Of a stretch of DNA of 64,000 nt, positions 39,990 to 52,190 are shown one piece after another (within the stretch, counting starts at the first letter, position 1; each line of letters begins with the position of its first letter). The translations under genes and the position numbers were made by a program. The stretch lies in assembly GCA_040954595.2 (NCBI GenBank), contig CM082583.2, positions 2,675,060-2,739,059 on the forward strand, in the 5' to 3' direction. Below the pieces are notes generated by a model, which ran no database searches, was not told where the DNA came from, and worked only from the letters and a program-made list of their open reading frames with translations. This stretch comes from Balanoglossus misakiensis (taxonomy: Eukaryota; Animalia; Hemichordata).

Positions 39990-41462
39990 GACAAAGAAAC
40001 ACAACACCAAGAATATTGGTTGAATTATTCTGTTACGTCATTGGCCCAACGAAGAAACACAGAAGTCAATCGATAATACTTCATCACTCTCTGATTACCC
40101 CAATCACACACATACACTTTGCCATCATAGACCCTCCCATTGACAGGATGTATACCAATTCCCTGCGGGGATTGAATCACACCTTTGCCGAAACAACGCA
40201 TCACTCTACCATTCTCATCATGCACGATTACTTGCTTACCACTGCCATCAGTAGTTAAGACACTTCCATCCTCTGATGCAGCAGAAAACACTGGACTAAC
40301 TTTGGTTGAAATATTACTGAACGTGGTTGTACATCTATGTTGGCCATATTGGGTGAATGTCTGTAATCTATTATTACTATACTCACACACCCGAACATTG
40401 CCATTCCTGGTTGCCATGACTTCCCATGAATTACTCAACTGCCCTACTCCCGACCCTTTCTGACCAAATTTACAAATCAAACCTTTCTGTGGAATAACAC
40501 TGATTGTAACTGGTGACCTTTTGACTGGTTTCTTGGATACCGACACTGAGACTTCATAATTTCATGTCTTTTTGGCACGGGTTTTCAAACTCCATGTTCC
40601 AGTACCATTATTTGTTATTTCTATGTCTTCTTAACTGTCGTCTGGTTTCTTCAAGACTGCCTCGACTTTTACTTCTTCGTGCGCTGTTTTTCTCTTCTTG
40701 ACCTCTGTTGCTAGGGTGATGGTGATATCTTCATCAACTCTTGCAAATTCGGAAACATCATCGAGACTGCAGTTATCAGCTGTTACAGGATTTGATGTGG
40801 ATATTACACCCATCTGTCTGATAACAGCTGTCGAGAGATTCGGCCGTCTCCGTGACTACGGCTTTGCTGTGGCTGGCTTCGTCTTTTTTCATTTTCACTT
40901 TGTCGATTACTTCTGTCAGATCTTTGCAGTATTCAGTGGCTGCGCCTTTCAAGTATCTGTATTTATGCTCGGGACTGGGATGATCTATAGCCGTGCATTT
41001 GAGACATAGCTTTGCCGCACGTGTCGCAGTAGAATTCGACTTCGTTGTTAGGGTGAGCAGAACAGTAGATCGGTGGCTGAACTGAAGCGAGGTCAGCGGA
41101 CTTTGCGAACTCTTCCAAGGTCATCAGACGGTGTGATTTTGTCACCTTAAATCGTGAATGCACAACAACACATTTACTGCACAATTCAACGTCACACTCG
41201 ATGCAATGATTTGTAATCACATTCTGATCACAGCTCTCGCATTTTCTAGACCTGTTGGTTCCCTCTTCGCGTTTTCCAAACAGTTCCACCAATTTGTTGA
41301 TGAATGCATTGCCACCGATACCTGCCACGCCACTATCGGAAAGTTGGTTTGAACGCCGACATATATATATTGGACAGGCTATGACGCTACTTTTCTCTGC
41401 CAGACACGGCTCGCAGAAGCTGTGCAGACACGGTAGCTGTTTAGCATTCTCCACGAAGTCTG
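39990..41462 (-). pseudogene. TRIM2/3/71-like E3 ligase pseudogene (RING-B-box-B-box-filamin-NHL)
   Basis: AKQLPCLHSFCEPCL..CP RING lacking the first CxxC, B-boxes CESC..CIEC..C..C..H and CSAHPNNEVEFYCDTC, filamin-like segment, NHL repeats (KFGQKGSGVGQL). Several frameshifts and stops; no introns. Confidence 0.85.
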
Positions 41463-41569
41463 GTGTATATAATAATAATGTTGTATTGTCTTTTAGGCCA
41501 CCGGCCAATATGACAACTGCATGGTAAGATATATTACAAAACGAAATACAGCAACAACAAAAAAGAAAC

Positions 41570-42304
41570 ATTAGGTCAAAACCAAGGAAATCATTATAGA
41601 TTTTAGAAGAGTACACTTTACCCATACGCCGATTACCATAAATGGGAGTGCAGTTGAAATCGTCACTGTTTTTAAGTTTCTTGGTGTTTACCTTTCAAAT
41701 CGCTTGTCATGGCAGGAAAATATAGATCATCTGGTAAAGAAAGCACAGCAACGTCTCTACTTTCTCAGACGTTTAAAGAAATTTGGTATGAATAGTTCTA
41801 TTCTGGTAAATTTCTATCGTACTGTAATAGAAAGTATTTTAACATATGGCATCCTTATCTGGTTTAATAACATCACTAAGGACGAATTGAATGCTCTTGA
41901 ACGGGTTATACGGGTAGCACAAACAATCATTGGGGTAAAATTGCCATCTCTACAATCAATCTATTATTCAAGATCTATTCGCAAAGCTAAGGCTATAATT
42001 AATGACTCGAGCCATCCTGCTTACAATCTTTTTACGCTGCTACCCTCTGGAAGGCGTTATCGCTGTATGAAAACGAGAACAGCTCGTTTTAACAATAGTT
42101 TTTATCCATCGGCAGTACGTATTTTAAACCAATCTTAATTTTGAGTGCCATTGTTTCAAGTATTTCCTTTCATTCTTTTATCAGGGTTTTATTAACTTTT
42201 TTAATATGTATAATTTTAACTTGTATGTCCTGTTCTTCTTGTCTTTTACGAGCGCATGTGGAAAGGCAATTTCCAATGCTCTGTATGCATATGGCAATAA
42301 ATTA

Positions 42305-42332
<28 letters not shown>
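41570..42332 (+). mobile_element. 5'-truncated Rex1/Babar-type LINE
   Basis: KTKEIIIDFRR, FKFLGV, KKAQQRLYFLRRLKKF, HPAYNLFTLLPSGRRYR..FNNSFYPSAVRILN stop; AATAAA plus (TAT)n tail. Confidence 0.88.
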
Positions 42333-42335
<3 letters not shown>

Positions 42336-42344
42336 TTCGAGCTT

Positions 42345-44130
42345 TCATGAAAAATATTCTTTTCTGAAACTCATGGCTTTATGTACAAATTTGCCAAGAT
42401 TTCTTAACACTGTTGGCGACTTCGACCTCATCAGTGTTAAAAATTTCTCTTCATAAAGAGACTCAGAGTTGTCATGTGGTAATAAATATCTTAAGCTTTG
42501 ATACAATGGGCATAAAAATATTACATGAAATTCATCCTCCACACCTCCTGTACATATTTCACAGATTCTGTCTTCAAAGTCAATGTTGGCATAGCTGCCT
42601 TCCTGGACTCTTAAACCAAGACATGAACATCTCAATCGAGCTAGTGCATGTCTATATTTTCACAAAGATATTTTTCTGGTTCAAGCATGCTTTTAAAATT
42701 ACGATATGTACGAAGCCTGTCTTTTGTACATACTTCACTGTACCACTCTTGTTTGTAAACATCGGAAAGTCGTTGTTTAAACTCACTTATAAAAGATGAA
42801 ATATCTCCCACCCCTTGTGATAACCAGACAATGCCAAACCCATATGAATAAAGAATATGCTACCTCTGTAGCCCATGATGCGTGTCCATTTTCATCCATT
42901 GTAAACGACAATTTGTACGCATGCGCAGCCATCCTGTCATCTGTGAGTTCAGTGAGACGCAACCAATATTTAATACACTTTATGACTGAATTTAAATAAA
43001 GTGGATATCTACCACACTCGCCATATACTGCTTCGTTTGTAGTGCTCTGACACAGAAAGTGCATGCAAAACCTTAAATGGACTCTTTCTATCTCCATATG
43101 TTTTTTGTATCCCCAAATATCAGCTCCATACAATAAAATTGGCAGTATCAGTGTATCAAAAAGTTTAAAATATACATCCCTTTTTATCGTACCAGCTTTA
43201 CGTTCAAATTTAAAAATTAAAAACATAGCTTTCCGTGCTTGAGCAGCCAGATTACATACAGCTTTGCCCCACGTGTTTCTACAGGATAACAATAATCCAA
43301 GATACTTATATGAAGTCACAACCTCTAGAGTCTTTCCATTCATTTTCCACACTTCACTTTTTACATTATGCCCCCCTTTACGGAATACTACGATCTTGGT
43401 TTTGTCTATGTTAACTTGAAGTTTCCATATGTTGCAAAAATCGCTGAGTATGTTAATTAACCTTTGTAACCCTATTACAGAGTCTGCAAATATAACAATA
43501 TCGTCGGCATAAAGTAAAAGAAAATAAATTATACATTTGTTGCGTAAGTTGGATGCCTTTGGCACCTGTGGAAATAATCATGTGATACAACTCATCAATG
43601 AAGAGGGAGAACAACACTGGGCTTAATACACTTCCTTGCCTTACACCTCTGTTACAGTTAAAATATTCTGAAACACCCCCATCTAGACGAACACAAGATT
43701 TCACATCACTATACATAGATTTCACAATGTTATACATCTTGCCAGATAAGCCAATCGACTGCAGTTTGAAAAAAAGACATCTGTGATCCACAGAATCAAA
43801 TGCTTTGGCAAAATCTACAAAATTTCCCCTTCCTTCGTCTGATGTAATTTTGTATGATGGCATGCAAAGTAAATATATTATCCATTGTTGAAAACCCTTT
43901 ACGAAATCCCGCTTGTGCATTACAAATAGCATTGGTATTTTCAGCCCATCTGTACAACCTTTCATTTAAAATACCACAAAATATTTTACCGAATACATCC
44001 AAAACTTTAAGCGTTATTCCCTTGTAATTATTTGGATCTGTTCTAGATCCCTTTTTGTACAATAATATTATAATTCCCCGTGACCACCCTGCTGGGAAGT
44101 TACCCGTATCAAAGATTTGGAAATTCTTTG
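42345..44130 (-). mobile_element. Degraded RTE-X-like LINE ORF2 (RT plus C-terminal CCHC)
   Basis: QAGFRKG, FVDFAKAFDSV, GVRQGSVLSP, LLYADD, YKYLG, VYGECGRYPL, ICEIC..EDEFHVIFLCPLY; multiple frameshifts. Confidence 0.88.
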
Positions 44131-44870
44131 TCCTCTGGTGATAAAATAAACGTCTTTGTAGCAAAAAGAAACGACTGTACTGCATACCGCAATCGTAAAT
44201 TTTGCAACAATTTACCACAGCGTCACAATTTAGTAGACAAAGAGGCGCCTGCCATCCCAATTGTGCAGTTGAAGTAGTGCGTGTTGAGAGAGACGTGCTC
44301 TACGAAGCTCGTAGTTACCTTCTGACCGGGACATTTGCGCGTGAACGGACTGGGTTCCCCCCGATGGGTTCTTGCCGATTGCCGCACGCCGGTGGGTATG
44401 AAAGTGTGAGACGTCGATCCACCGGCCGGCTGAACCACTCCAAACATGACCAGCTCCACGCCACTTTGTCTTTGAGCTGCACCGCAGTCGGATATCCCAC
44501 CCCGGCTGCCGGACAGCATATGAAGGTGTCTGAGGCCTTTTCTAGTCAAAGTGTACACGTTTAAAACTTTGGGGTTTTCGGAATGGAAATAGCGGAACAA
44601 GAACATGGATATATACTAATCAGGAACGCCAAACATACACGTTGAAAAAGCCAGATTTGAAAAAAAATCCGCTGGGCGCGATGACGCGCCGACCTTATTT
44701 TTCAAACAATGTAACCTGTCACGCTGAGTTCATATATTTTGCTGCAACAAACAAGTTCATGCGTAGGTCGAGAAAGTTCTCAAGCGGCCGGGTGATCGCG
44801 GCAAGGTTAACGGCGGCCTCGCACGCCCGAATTTGCCACAAAACTATCAGTCCATACAGCAATGCGGAAG

Positions 44871-44981
44871 TTGTGTGTGGTTGAGCGTTGATTCATATAC
44901 ATATGTAGAATGACATAAACAGTGTCTTGTATCAAACATAATTAATTGGAAAAGGGGCAGCGAGAGAGAGACTTTGTCCCT
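44871..44981. mobile_element. Kolobok-like MITE family A, right-end fragment
   Basis: Matches the right arm of 22030-22375; ends GACTTTGTCCCT|TTAA. Confidence 0.8.
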
Positions 44982-45766
44982 TTAAATCTAGATTACAGTG
45001 TTTTGTACAGTCCTGGTGAGAAAAAAATTGATATATACTAGATTGGGTTTGTTACTTTGTTCTTAAGAGTTACCATGTCAGTTTGAAACATTTAAACATC
45101 ATTAGCTGTAACTTTTCAGTATGTTTTCAGTATTTTTTTGCTTTCTGTATCTTCTGCATTTTCTTGTTCAAAAATCAGAGAAGATTCACATATTAGACTA
45201 GAGCATTTAAATTTATATCTGTATTATGAATTTTAAAAATATATAGTTTACACACAATGTCCAATGCTGTCCAACTTTGAACCATAGATGAAGTGGCAAA
45301 CCTGTATGATATGATTAATTTATTCAAATTATATTTTAATTTTTGTGTATACTTTCATTTTCAAATTTCTTATAGCTAATTTTATACAGACTTCTACATA
45401 AGAGGAACATTTACAGTATGCTTGATTTGTTAATTCAGATTTAAATTCTAAAGCAAGTCAAGGAGTAATACCACATTTCTTACCAGTACACCTAAAACAC
45501 ACATTAATTTGCAATTTGTGGTTTGAAATAGGTTGTAAGAAACCCCAAAAGTGATAACAAACACAACTGACTAGAACTAGAAGTAGTAACTTATGGAATA
45601 AGTTGGAATGGTTGCTTGAGTATAGGCATTTAATAGTCTGCTATTAAAGTTGTACTGTCATCTGATCTAGGTATTCAATATAAAATAGGAATATATTTCT
45701 CAACGCTGCTACTGTCGTCTGTGGGAAATTGATTACTGGTCTTGTGCCACCTGTGGCAAATCTTAA

Positions 45767-46136
45767 AGGGACAAAGTCACTCTCTCTCTCTCTCTCTCTA
45801 TGCCCTTAATTCCATGAATTGTGTTTGATGCAAGACACTGTTTATGTTAATGTACATGTAGTGTATATGAAGTGAATGAATGTTCAACCACACACTACCG
45901 GTACATCCATCCCGCTTGTATGATATGACAGTAAAAACTTGCCTAAAATGAATAAATGGTAGAGACCAATTATTCATTTTGGCGAGTTTTTTCACTCTCG
46001 TGTCTACAAGCAGACTGGATGTTGTGTGTGGTTGAACGCTGGTTCACTATACATCCACATGTACATTTATATAAACGGTGTCTTGTATTAAACATAATTA
46101 ATGGTAAAAGGGCAGCGAGAGAGAGACTTTGTCCCT
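45767..46136. mobile_element. Kolobok-like MITE family A, full copy
   Basis: TTAA|AGGGACAAAGTC...GACTTTGTCCCT|TTAA, 20 bp past the glycosyltransferase stop codon. Confidence 0.88.
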
Positions 46137-46156
46137 TTAATAGCCAGAATAAGAGC

Positions 46157-47401
46157 TCACTTACATGTATAGAGGCACTCTGCTTTGAATGCTTCGTGTG
46201 TGTCACGAACAGCCTGGCATTCTTGGAGACGTTCCTTCATCTTCTTTGCCCTCTCGAAGGCTACGTCATATTCGTTCAGAACTTGGCTGATACGGGTGGA
46301 CCATTCACGGATATCTTTATCGCGTTCCGCGTCGTTCACGCCGACGTCGACGGTGACCGCTTTCGCCATATCCGGTTCAATATAATGGGTGAGAAACGTG
46401 GCTAAGCCCGAGTTCTTCATCACAAGGACAGGGATTCCAGCTGCGATGGCCTCTAAGCCAACCATACCAAACGACTCACTGCGAGATGGCATCAAGCATA
46501 GGTGACTCTGCTGGATATCATCTCTAATCTCATCCTGAGATCCATAAGGATACTGATTGATTCGCAGATGACCGGACTCGACATGGTCTTCTAAGTATCT
46601 CTTTGTCTTCTGTTCTTCCCCTTCTGGAATACCCCTGATGGTCCAAACTGGGGGGTCTTGTGATGGGTGGGTTCTCATCCTGTCCGATACGGTTCGACTC
46701 AATGCACTTGCCACCAGATTAAAGCCTTTGAGGTTGGCAACACCATTGACTCTGCCAAAGGTCAGGATCTGGACCTTGCGTGTTTCACTGGGCTTCTTCA
46801 TCTCGATTTGGAAGAACTTGTCATCTGGCATTGATAGAAACAGCCTGTGTTTGTTCGTGCCTGATGAGTACTTCCGGTATTTGTTATCAAAGTGGCGGTA
46901 TATGCGCGGGCCGACTGAGAAGACTACGTTGGCCTGGGCAGCTTCTTCACAGAGAGCCTTCTCTTTCTCCTCAACCTTCTTTTCGGTCCACGATTCCTTG
47001 TGTACCTCAATATCTTCTGGTATGACGTGGTTGAACAGGATCACTTTCTTCGCTGGAAACAATTTCTGGTGGATGTCAAGTGCACCAGGAGAGGTGATCG
47101 GCATGTGACCTATGATGACATCAACATCAAGTTTTTCGATGCCTGGAAAATGATCCTTGTGATTCGCGTTTAACCACTTCATATTTGGTATCTTTTCATC
47201 ACCATATGGCCTTCCAACCTGCAGGCTTACACCATTATCAGAGGCATCTTCCTTATCTTCTTGTGTTGCTTCAAGAGCTGTTGCAAAGACCTCCTTCCCG
47301 GTTTCCGCAGCCAATGAGGCGACGTGTCTGTTAACGGTAGAAAGTCCACCTTTCTGCGTACCCCACTCATCACCAATCACCAGTATTCCAGAACCCGCCA
47401 T
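46157..47401 (-). CDS. GT4 (GT-B fold) glycosyltransferase, conflict/immune-associated type, 414 aa, single coding exon
   Basis: Acceptor TTTCTTTACCTGTACAG|A-ATG at 47401. N-terminal ILVIGDEWGTQKGGLSTVNR, ILFNHVIPED, ILTFGRV..LKGF, and EX7E motif PSRSESFGMVGLEAIAAGIP; uninterrupted ORF. Confidence 0.88.
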   Translation of the reverse strand: MAGSGILVIGDEWGTQKGGLSTVNRHVASLAAETGKEVFATALEATQEDKEDASDNGVSLQVGRPYGDEKIPNMKWLNANHKDHFPGIEKLDVDVIIGHMPITSPGALDIHQKLFPAKKVILFNHVIPEDIEVHKESWTEKKVEEKEKALCEEAAQANVVFSVGPRIYRHFDNKYRKYSSGTNKHRLFLSMPDDKFFQIEMKKPSETRKVQILTFGRVNGVANLKGFNLVASALSRTVSDRMRTHPSQDPPVWTIRGIPEGEEQKTKRYLEDHVESGHLRINQYPYGSQDEIRDDIQQSHLCLMPSRSESFGMVGLEAIAAGIPVLVMKNSGLATFLTHYIEPDMAKAVTVDVGVNDAERDKDIREWSTRISQVLNEYDVAFERAKKMKERLQECQAVRDTHEAFKAECLYTCK

Positions 47402-47749
47402 TCTGTACAGGTAAAGAAAGTAAACATGTACGTGACATTGTGGATAATCCCTTGACATTTTTACACCTAGTAAGCCAAATTGCAAGTCTGTCTTTTTGTC
47501 TGTGCATCCATCATGCATACGTATACCACTTCGCGGATAGGGTATCTGCAATGCATGATGGTACAATTTGCATTCAACATAGCGTCTAGTACGTGGCTAA
47601 CGCACGAGCCCTTGCCCATAAACAAACGTTAATGGTCAGGGCGTCATCCATTATTTCTACAACTAATCTTTGAAATTCAATGTTTTCCTACCAGTCGTAT
47701 GATATGAGAGTGAAAACTCGCCCAAAACGAATAAATGCTAGAGACGGAA

Positions 47750-50700
47750 GTAACGCACAACTTTGCGCCTTGTTACAAAATTTCGTCAGCCGCTTTTTTT
47801 AGATATATCTCTCGTCACGCCAATCATAGTGGCGTGAACAACGTGTTGTATCGTCTCTCCAGAAATTTCACCATTTTTACTTCTACAGACAGTATTTTAT
47901 CACTAAATTTGTACCAACATCGGTATAACTATTTCAAGAACCTTTCTAAGGTGACTTTTATGCAATTTTTTTTATTATATCGGACACTGGAAGACTTTAT
48001 CTGCGTGCGTTGACTCGGACTCGGTCTTGGTTGTCGATAATGGCAGCAAGCTCCGTGAGTTCAGCCGACGTCTCGGAGATTGAAAATAATCTGAAACAAG
48101 CTTACATTGCAGACATCCTGGAACTAAATACGCACGAGCTGAAAAAGTTCTGCAAATGGCCATATGTCAAGAGAATGGAAAAAGAAATGCAAAGTCTACT
48201 GCCTGATCTCTCGCCCGACGAAATTAAATCCAAGTGCCATTACATTGGGAATGCGCTCAATAACCGCGCGAAGAGTAGACTAAATATTCTTGAACATGAA
48301 CTCTATCAACTTCAACGTTGCCTGCTTCAACTGATAACCGCAACAAAAAGACCTCAAAACCTGGGAAGCGCAAGGTGACCAACCAATCTGCTGCTTTATG
48401 CACTCCCAACTGCAAACGCGGACGAAAAAACGAAAATGAAATGGTGAGATGCAGTCTGTGTTTTATTTGGTATCACTTAGAGTGCGTAAATACTACTGAT
48501 GAGGAAACTCAAAGGTATTTCTGGCCCTGCCCTGATTGCCGACTCCTGACAAATGTAGTAAAGGATGTAAAAAGTACTCTTGATCAAATGGTCAATGATC
48601 AGTCAAAAATTCGTGTCGAACTATCAGCACTCCAAGCGGTTAATGCAGACCTGATTTCCAACTTACGGTCAAAACTTCTGAGAATGAACATTTGCAAGCG
48701 AAATGTCGTGATTTGGAAAATGAATGTAAAGTACTGATGAAACAACTTGAAGTTTTGCGCATGACTCAACATACGGTCAATGTAACTAATGATGCGACCC
48801 CTGACCAAGCTTTGCAACACACAAGTTGTGAATCTATGAATGCAAACCAATCGCCTTCTACCCGGCCACTTGTACCAGGTCCATCACCAACTGACAAATC
48901 CAATGATCACCATAACAAAGGCAAGAAGATTCTGTTCATTGGGGACTCGCTATTACGCAATTTTTCGAGAAAATCCAGTGAACTTGTCGTAAAGACCCTG
49001 CCAGGTGCTACAATTTCACATCTGTCGCATTTTATCGCTACTAAATATTCATGCGATAATCCTTTTAAGGAGATGATTCTTGAAATTGGCAGGAACGATT
49101 GCAGCTCCACCAACAAATCGAAGGAAGCAGTTCTAGACGACTACAGCCAGCTACTTGAACAAGCAAAGAAGATGACCACAGGTAACATTACAGTTCTCAG
49201 TATCTGCCCTAGGATAGACCCGTCTGATCCTGACCTGCTACCGAAAATTGACCAAATTAATCGCGAACTGGCAATTAAGTGCAGAGATGCTGAATCTCGT
49301 GCTGTATTTGTTGACAACGATGTACAATTTCGATTACGCGATGGCTCTGTCGACTCATCATTACTCCTTCGTGACGGAGTACATTTAACCTTCACTGGCT
49401 GCGACAAACTACTTGAAAATGCAAAGCTTACTAACTACTGCTACACGAAAAGAAAGACGCCAGTCCAACGGCCAGTAATGATGTATGGCCGTCGCGAACT
49501 AGGAACATGAACTTTAATCCTTCTCGGTTTTCTGAGAACCGTGGTCGTCGAAGCCAGTTGCACCGCCGACCTGCTGTGAGCTGCTACTACTGTGGTGAAA
49601 CTGGGCACATTCAAAGAGTATGCAGGCATGGTACAGCATTGCAGTGTTGGACATGTGGAGAGTGGGGACACAAGGCACAGCTCTGCAACTACACGTATTC
49701 TCGAGGACAACATTAGATCGCCGGCGAGGAAGATAATGCCGCAAGCACTGTTTCTGATACTGAGATGGCAAGTAACTCAAGCAACAAAGGACTGGGGTTT
49801 GGCTACTGGAACATTCAACATTTATCGAACAAAGTAGATCAGATTGCTTATTACATTAACTCCGATGCAAGAATAACCGCCGATGTACTGTTTTTAGCGG
49901 AAACCTTTCTTACTTCAGCTGTTTTAACTGACACTTGTATGTGAAAGAAAAGATATAGTTGGTAAGCGACGTGGTGGTTTATTGGCGTATATTCGACTCG
50001 ATATTATTTACACGAGAAGATATGATTTAGAATCTGACAATCTAGAAATAATGTGGTTGGAAATTAACCCCCCCCCCCCAATAGTAGTTCTTTTTTTAAC
50101 AGCTGGTGTTTACAGACCTCCAAATACTTCTGTTTCTACACGGGTATAGAGCTTATTATCTTGGGCGATTTCAATATTGATTTGTTCGCTCCTGATGGTC
50201 TAAATCACTATATTTATCAGTCCTTACGTGATATGAACTTAGATCAAATAATCTCTGAGGCAACAAGGCCAGTTTCAAAAACTTGTATTGACCACATCTA
50301 TGTCTCAAACAATGAAAACATTGCTAACGTTCAAATTCCTCAGATTGGTATGTCTGATCACTACCCTATTATAAGCGTTCGCAAAAGGAATTCAAATGTT
50401 ACGCGTGTCTCATCTCATTTGTCGGTTAAATTTCGCTCACTGACACATTTTAAGCAAGACTCATTTATTTATGACCTTGCACATGCGCCATGGTCTCTTA
50501 TTAATCTGACGAGTAATGTAAATGTTGCTACCCGACTTTGGGTTACTATTTTCAATAAGATTTGCGATATACATGCTCCTTACTGGTAGTATATAATTGA
50601 AAAGCGTGTGAAACATAGAAAACAGCCAGCATGGATGAATCAGTACATTTTGAATGCTATGCATGAGAGAGATTCTCTGTTAAAACAAGCCAAAGGGGAC

Positions 50701-52190
50701 ATTACTAAGCTGGGTCCTTATAGACTTGCAAGAAATAAAGTTGCCCATTTGATCGGCAAAGCTAAAAGGAGTACTTTATCAATGAGCTCAACAGTAATGG
50801 TTCTAATTGTAAGGCAGTTTGGAACATTTATAATAATCTCACGAAACCCAGAGAACAAAAACATACTCCGATGGAGGTGAATGGCACTCTTATCACTGAT
50901 TCTACTGTGCTTGCTAATGCTTTTAATAATTATTTCTGTAGCATTCCTAAAAAACTCAACGTTTCTGTCGATAACAATCTCGACTTTTCTTTCTTGAGAG
51001 AGTATCTCGATGAGAAACTTGACGGATCCTCTTTCGTTATTCCTACTCTCTTTCTGTTGACTTTGTAAAGAAAGCTTTATCTGATTGTAAATCTACAGGC
51101 ACCGATAATGTTAGCGCAAAACTGCTGCGCATAGGTGCTTCCATAATTTCTGATTCGTTGACAAAGGTGTTAAATTTAAGTATTAACAGTGCCTGATATT
51201 TTCAAATGCGCAAGAGTTGTTCCTATTTACAAAGGATCTGGCTGCGTTACCGAAATGTCCAATTACAGACCGATTTCAATCTTACCTGCTATTTCCAAAG
51301 TTATTGAAAGTCATGAACATTGTAGTTTTTATGAGTTTTTGTCTAGCAAGGATTTGCTTCACAGAACAAAATCTGGTTTCAGAAGACACCACTACTGTCA
51401 AACAGCATTAATAAGAATGTGTGATGAATTATTAGAAAATGTTGACAATGGTCTAATCTCTGGTATTCTTTTTTTGGATTTGTCAAAAGCTTTTGATCTG
51501 GTTGATCATCAAGTCCTTCTTAAAAAGTTATCTTTATATGGACTAGAAATTAATGGGTTAAACTGGTTTAAATCGTTTTTATCAAATCGTTCTCAAGTAG
51601 TCACTTACATGGGTAAAATTTCGAATGTTCAAAAGGTGACTGTAGGTGTGCCTCAGGGATCTTTGTTGGGACCACTACTGTTGTATAATTCGCAACTTGA
51701 TATGTACCCTGACGATCAAACCCTTCTTACCTCGGGAATTTCTGTTTCGCATGTAAATGATTCCCTTCAAAATGATGTAATGTTGTCAAGTAACTGGATT
51801 CGAAGTAATGGAATGATCATAAATGAGGGCAAAACGAAAGCTATGCTAGTTGGATCTCGTCAAAAAATAAAAGACTTTGACATTTCCGGTGAACAATTGG
51901 ACATCTCCATAAATGACAAACGAATTTCACGTGTCACCTCTGAAAAGATACTGGGTTTAATCTTAGAAAATTTTTATTTCATGGGACAAACATATTGATC
52001 ATTTGTGTCTTACTTTGAGTCGGAGAGTTGGACTACGTAGGCGCCTCTGTAAATTCATACTTTTACACCTTAGAAAATTTTTAGATTACGGTTTGATTCA
52101 ATCTGTCATTCACTACTGCTCTATTGTGTGGGGAAATACGACTTCTAAAAATATAGATAAGGTTTATAAAATGCAGAAGCGTGCCTTATA
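47750..52190 (+). mobile_element. Near full-length, decayed CR1/L2-group LINE (ORF1 PHD-coiled coil-SGNH esterase-CCHC; ORF2 APE-RT)
   Basis: PHD (MVRCSLCFIWYHLEC..WPCPDC), GDSL..GRND..DGVHL esterase, two CX2CX4HX4C knuckles; APE motifs GDFN, IDHI, SDH; RT NYRPISIL, LDLSKAFD, GVPQGSLLGP, YPDD. Many frameshifts; ends approximate. Confidence 0.88.

Noticed and set aside
44319-44541. GC-rich exon-like segment on the minus strand
   Set aside because: Weak acceptor, no recognisable protein in any frame, no partner exons identified.
47402-47566. N-terminal 55-aa extension of the 469-aa GT ORF in the track
   Set aside because: Lies upstream of a clear splice acceptor and looks intronic; the ATG at 47401 is preferred.
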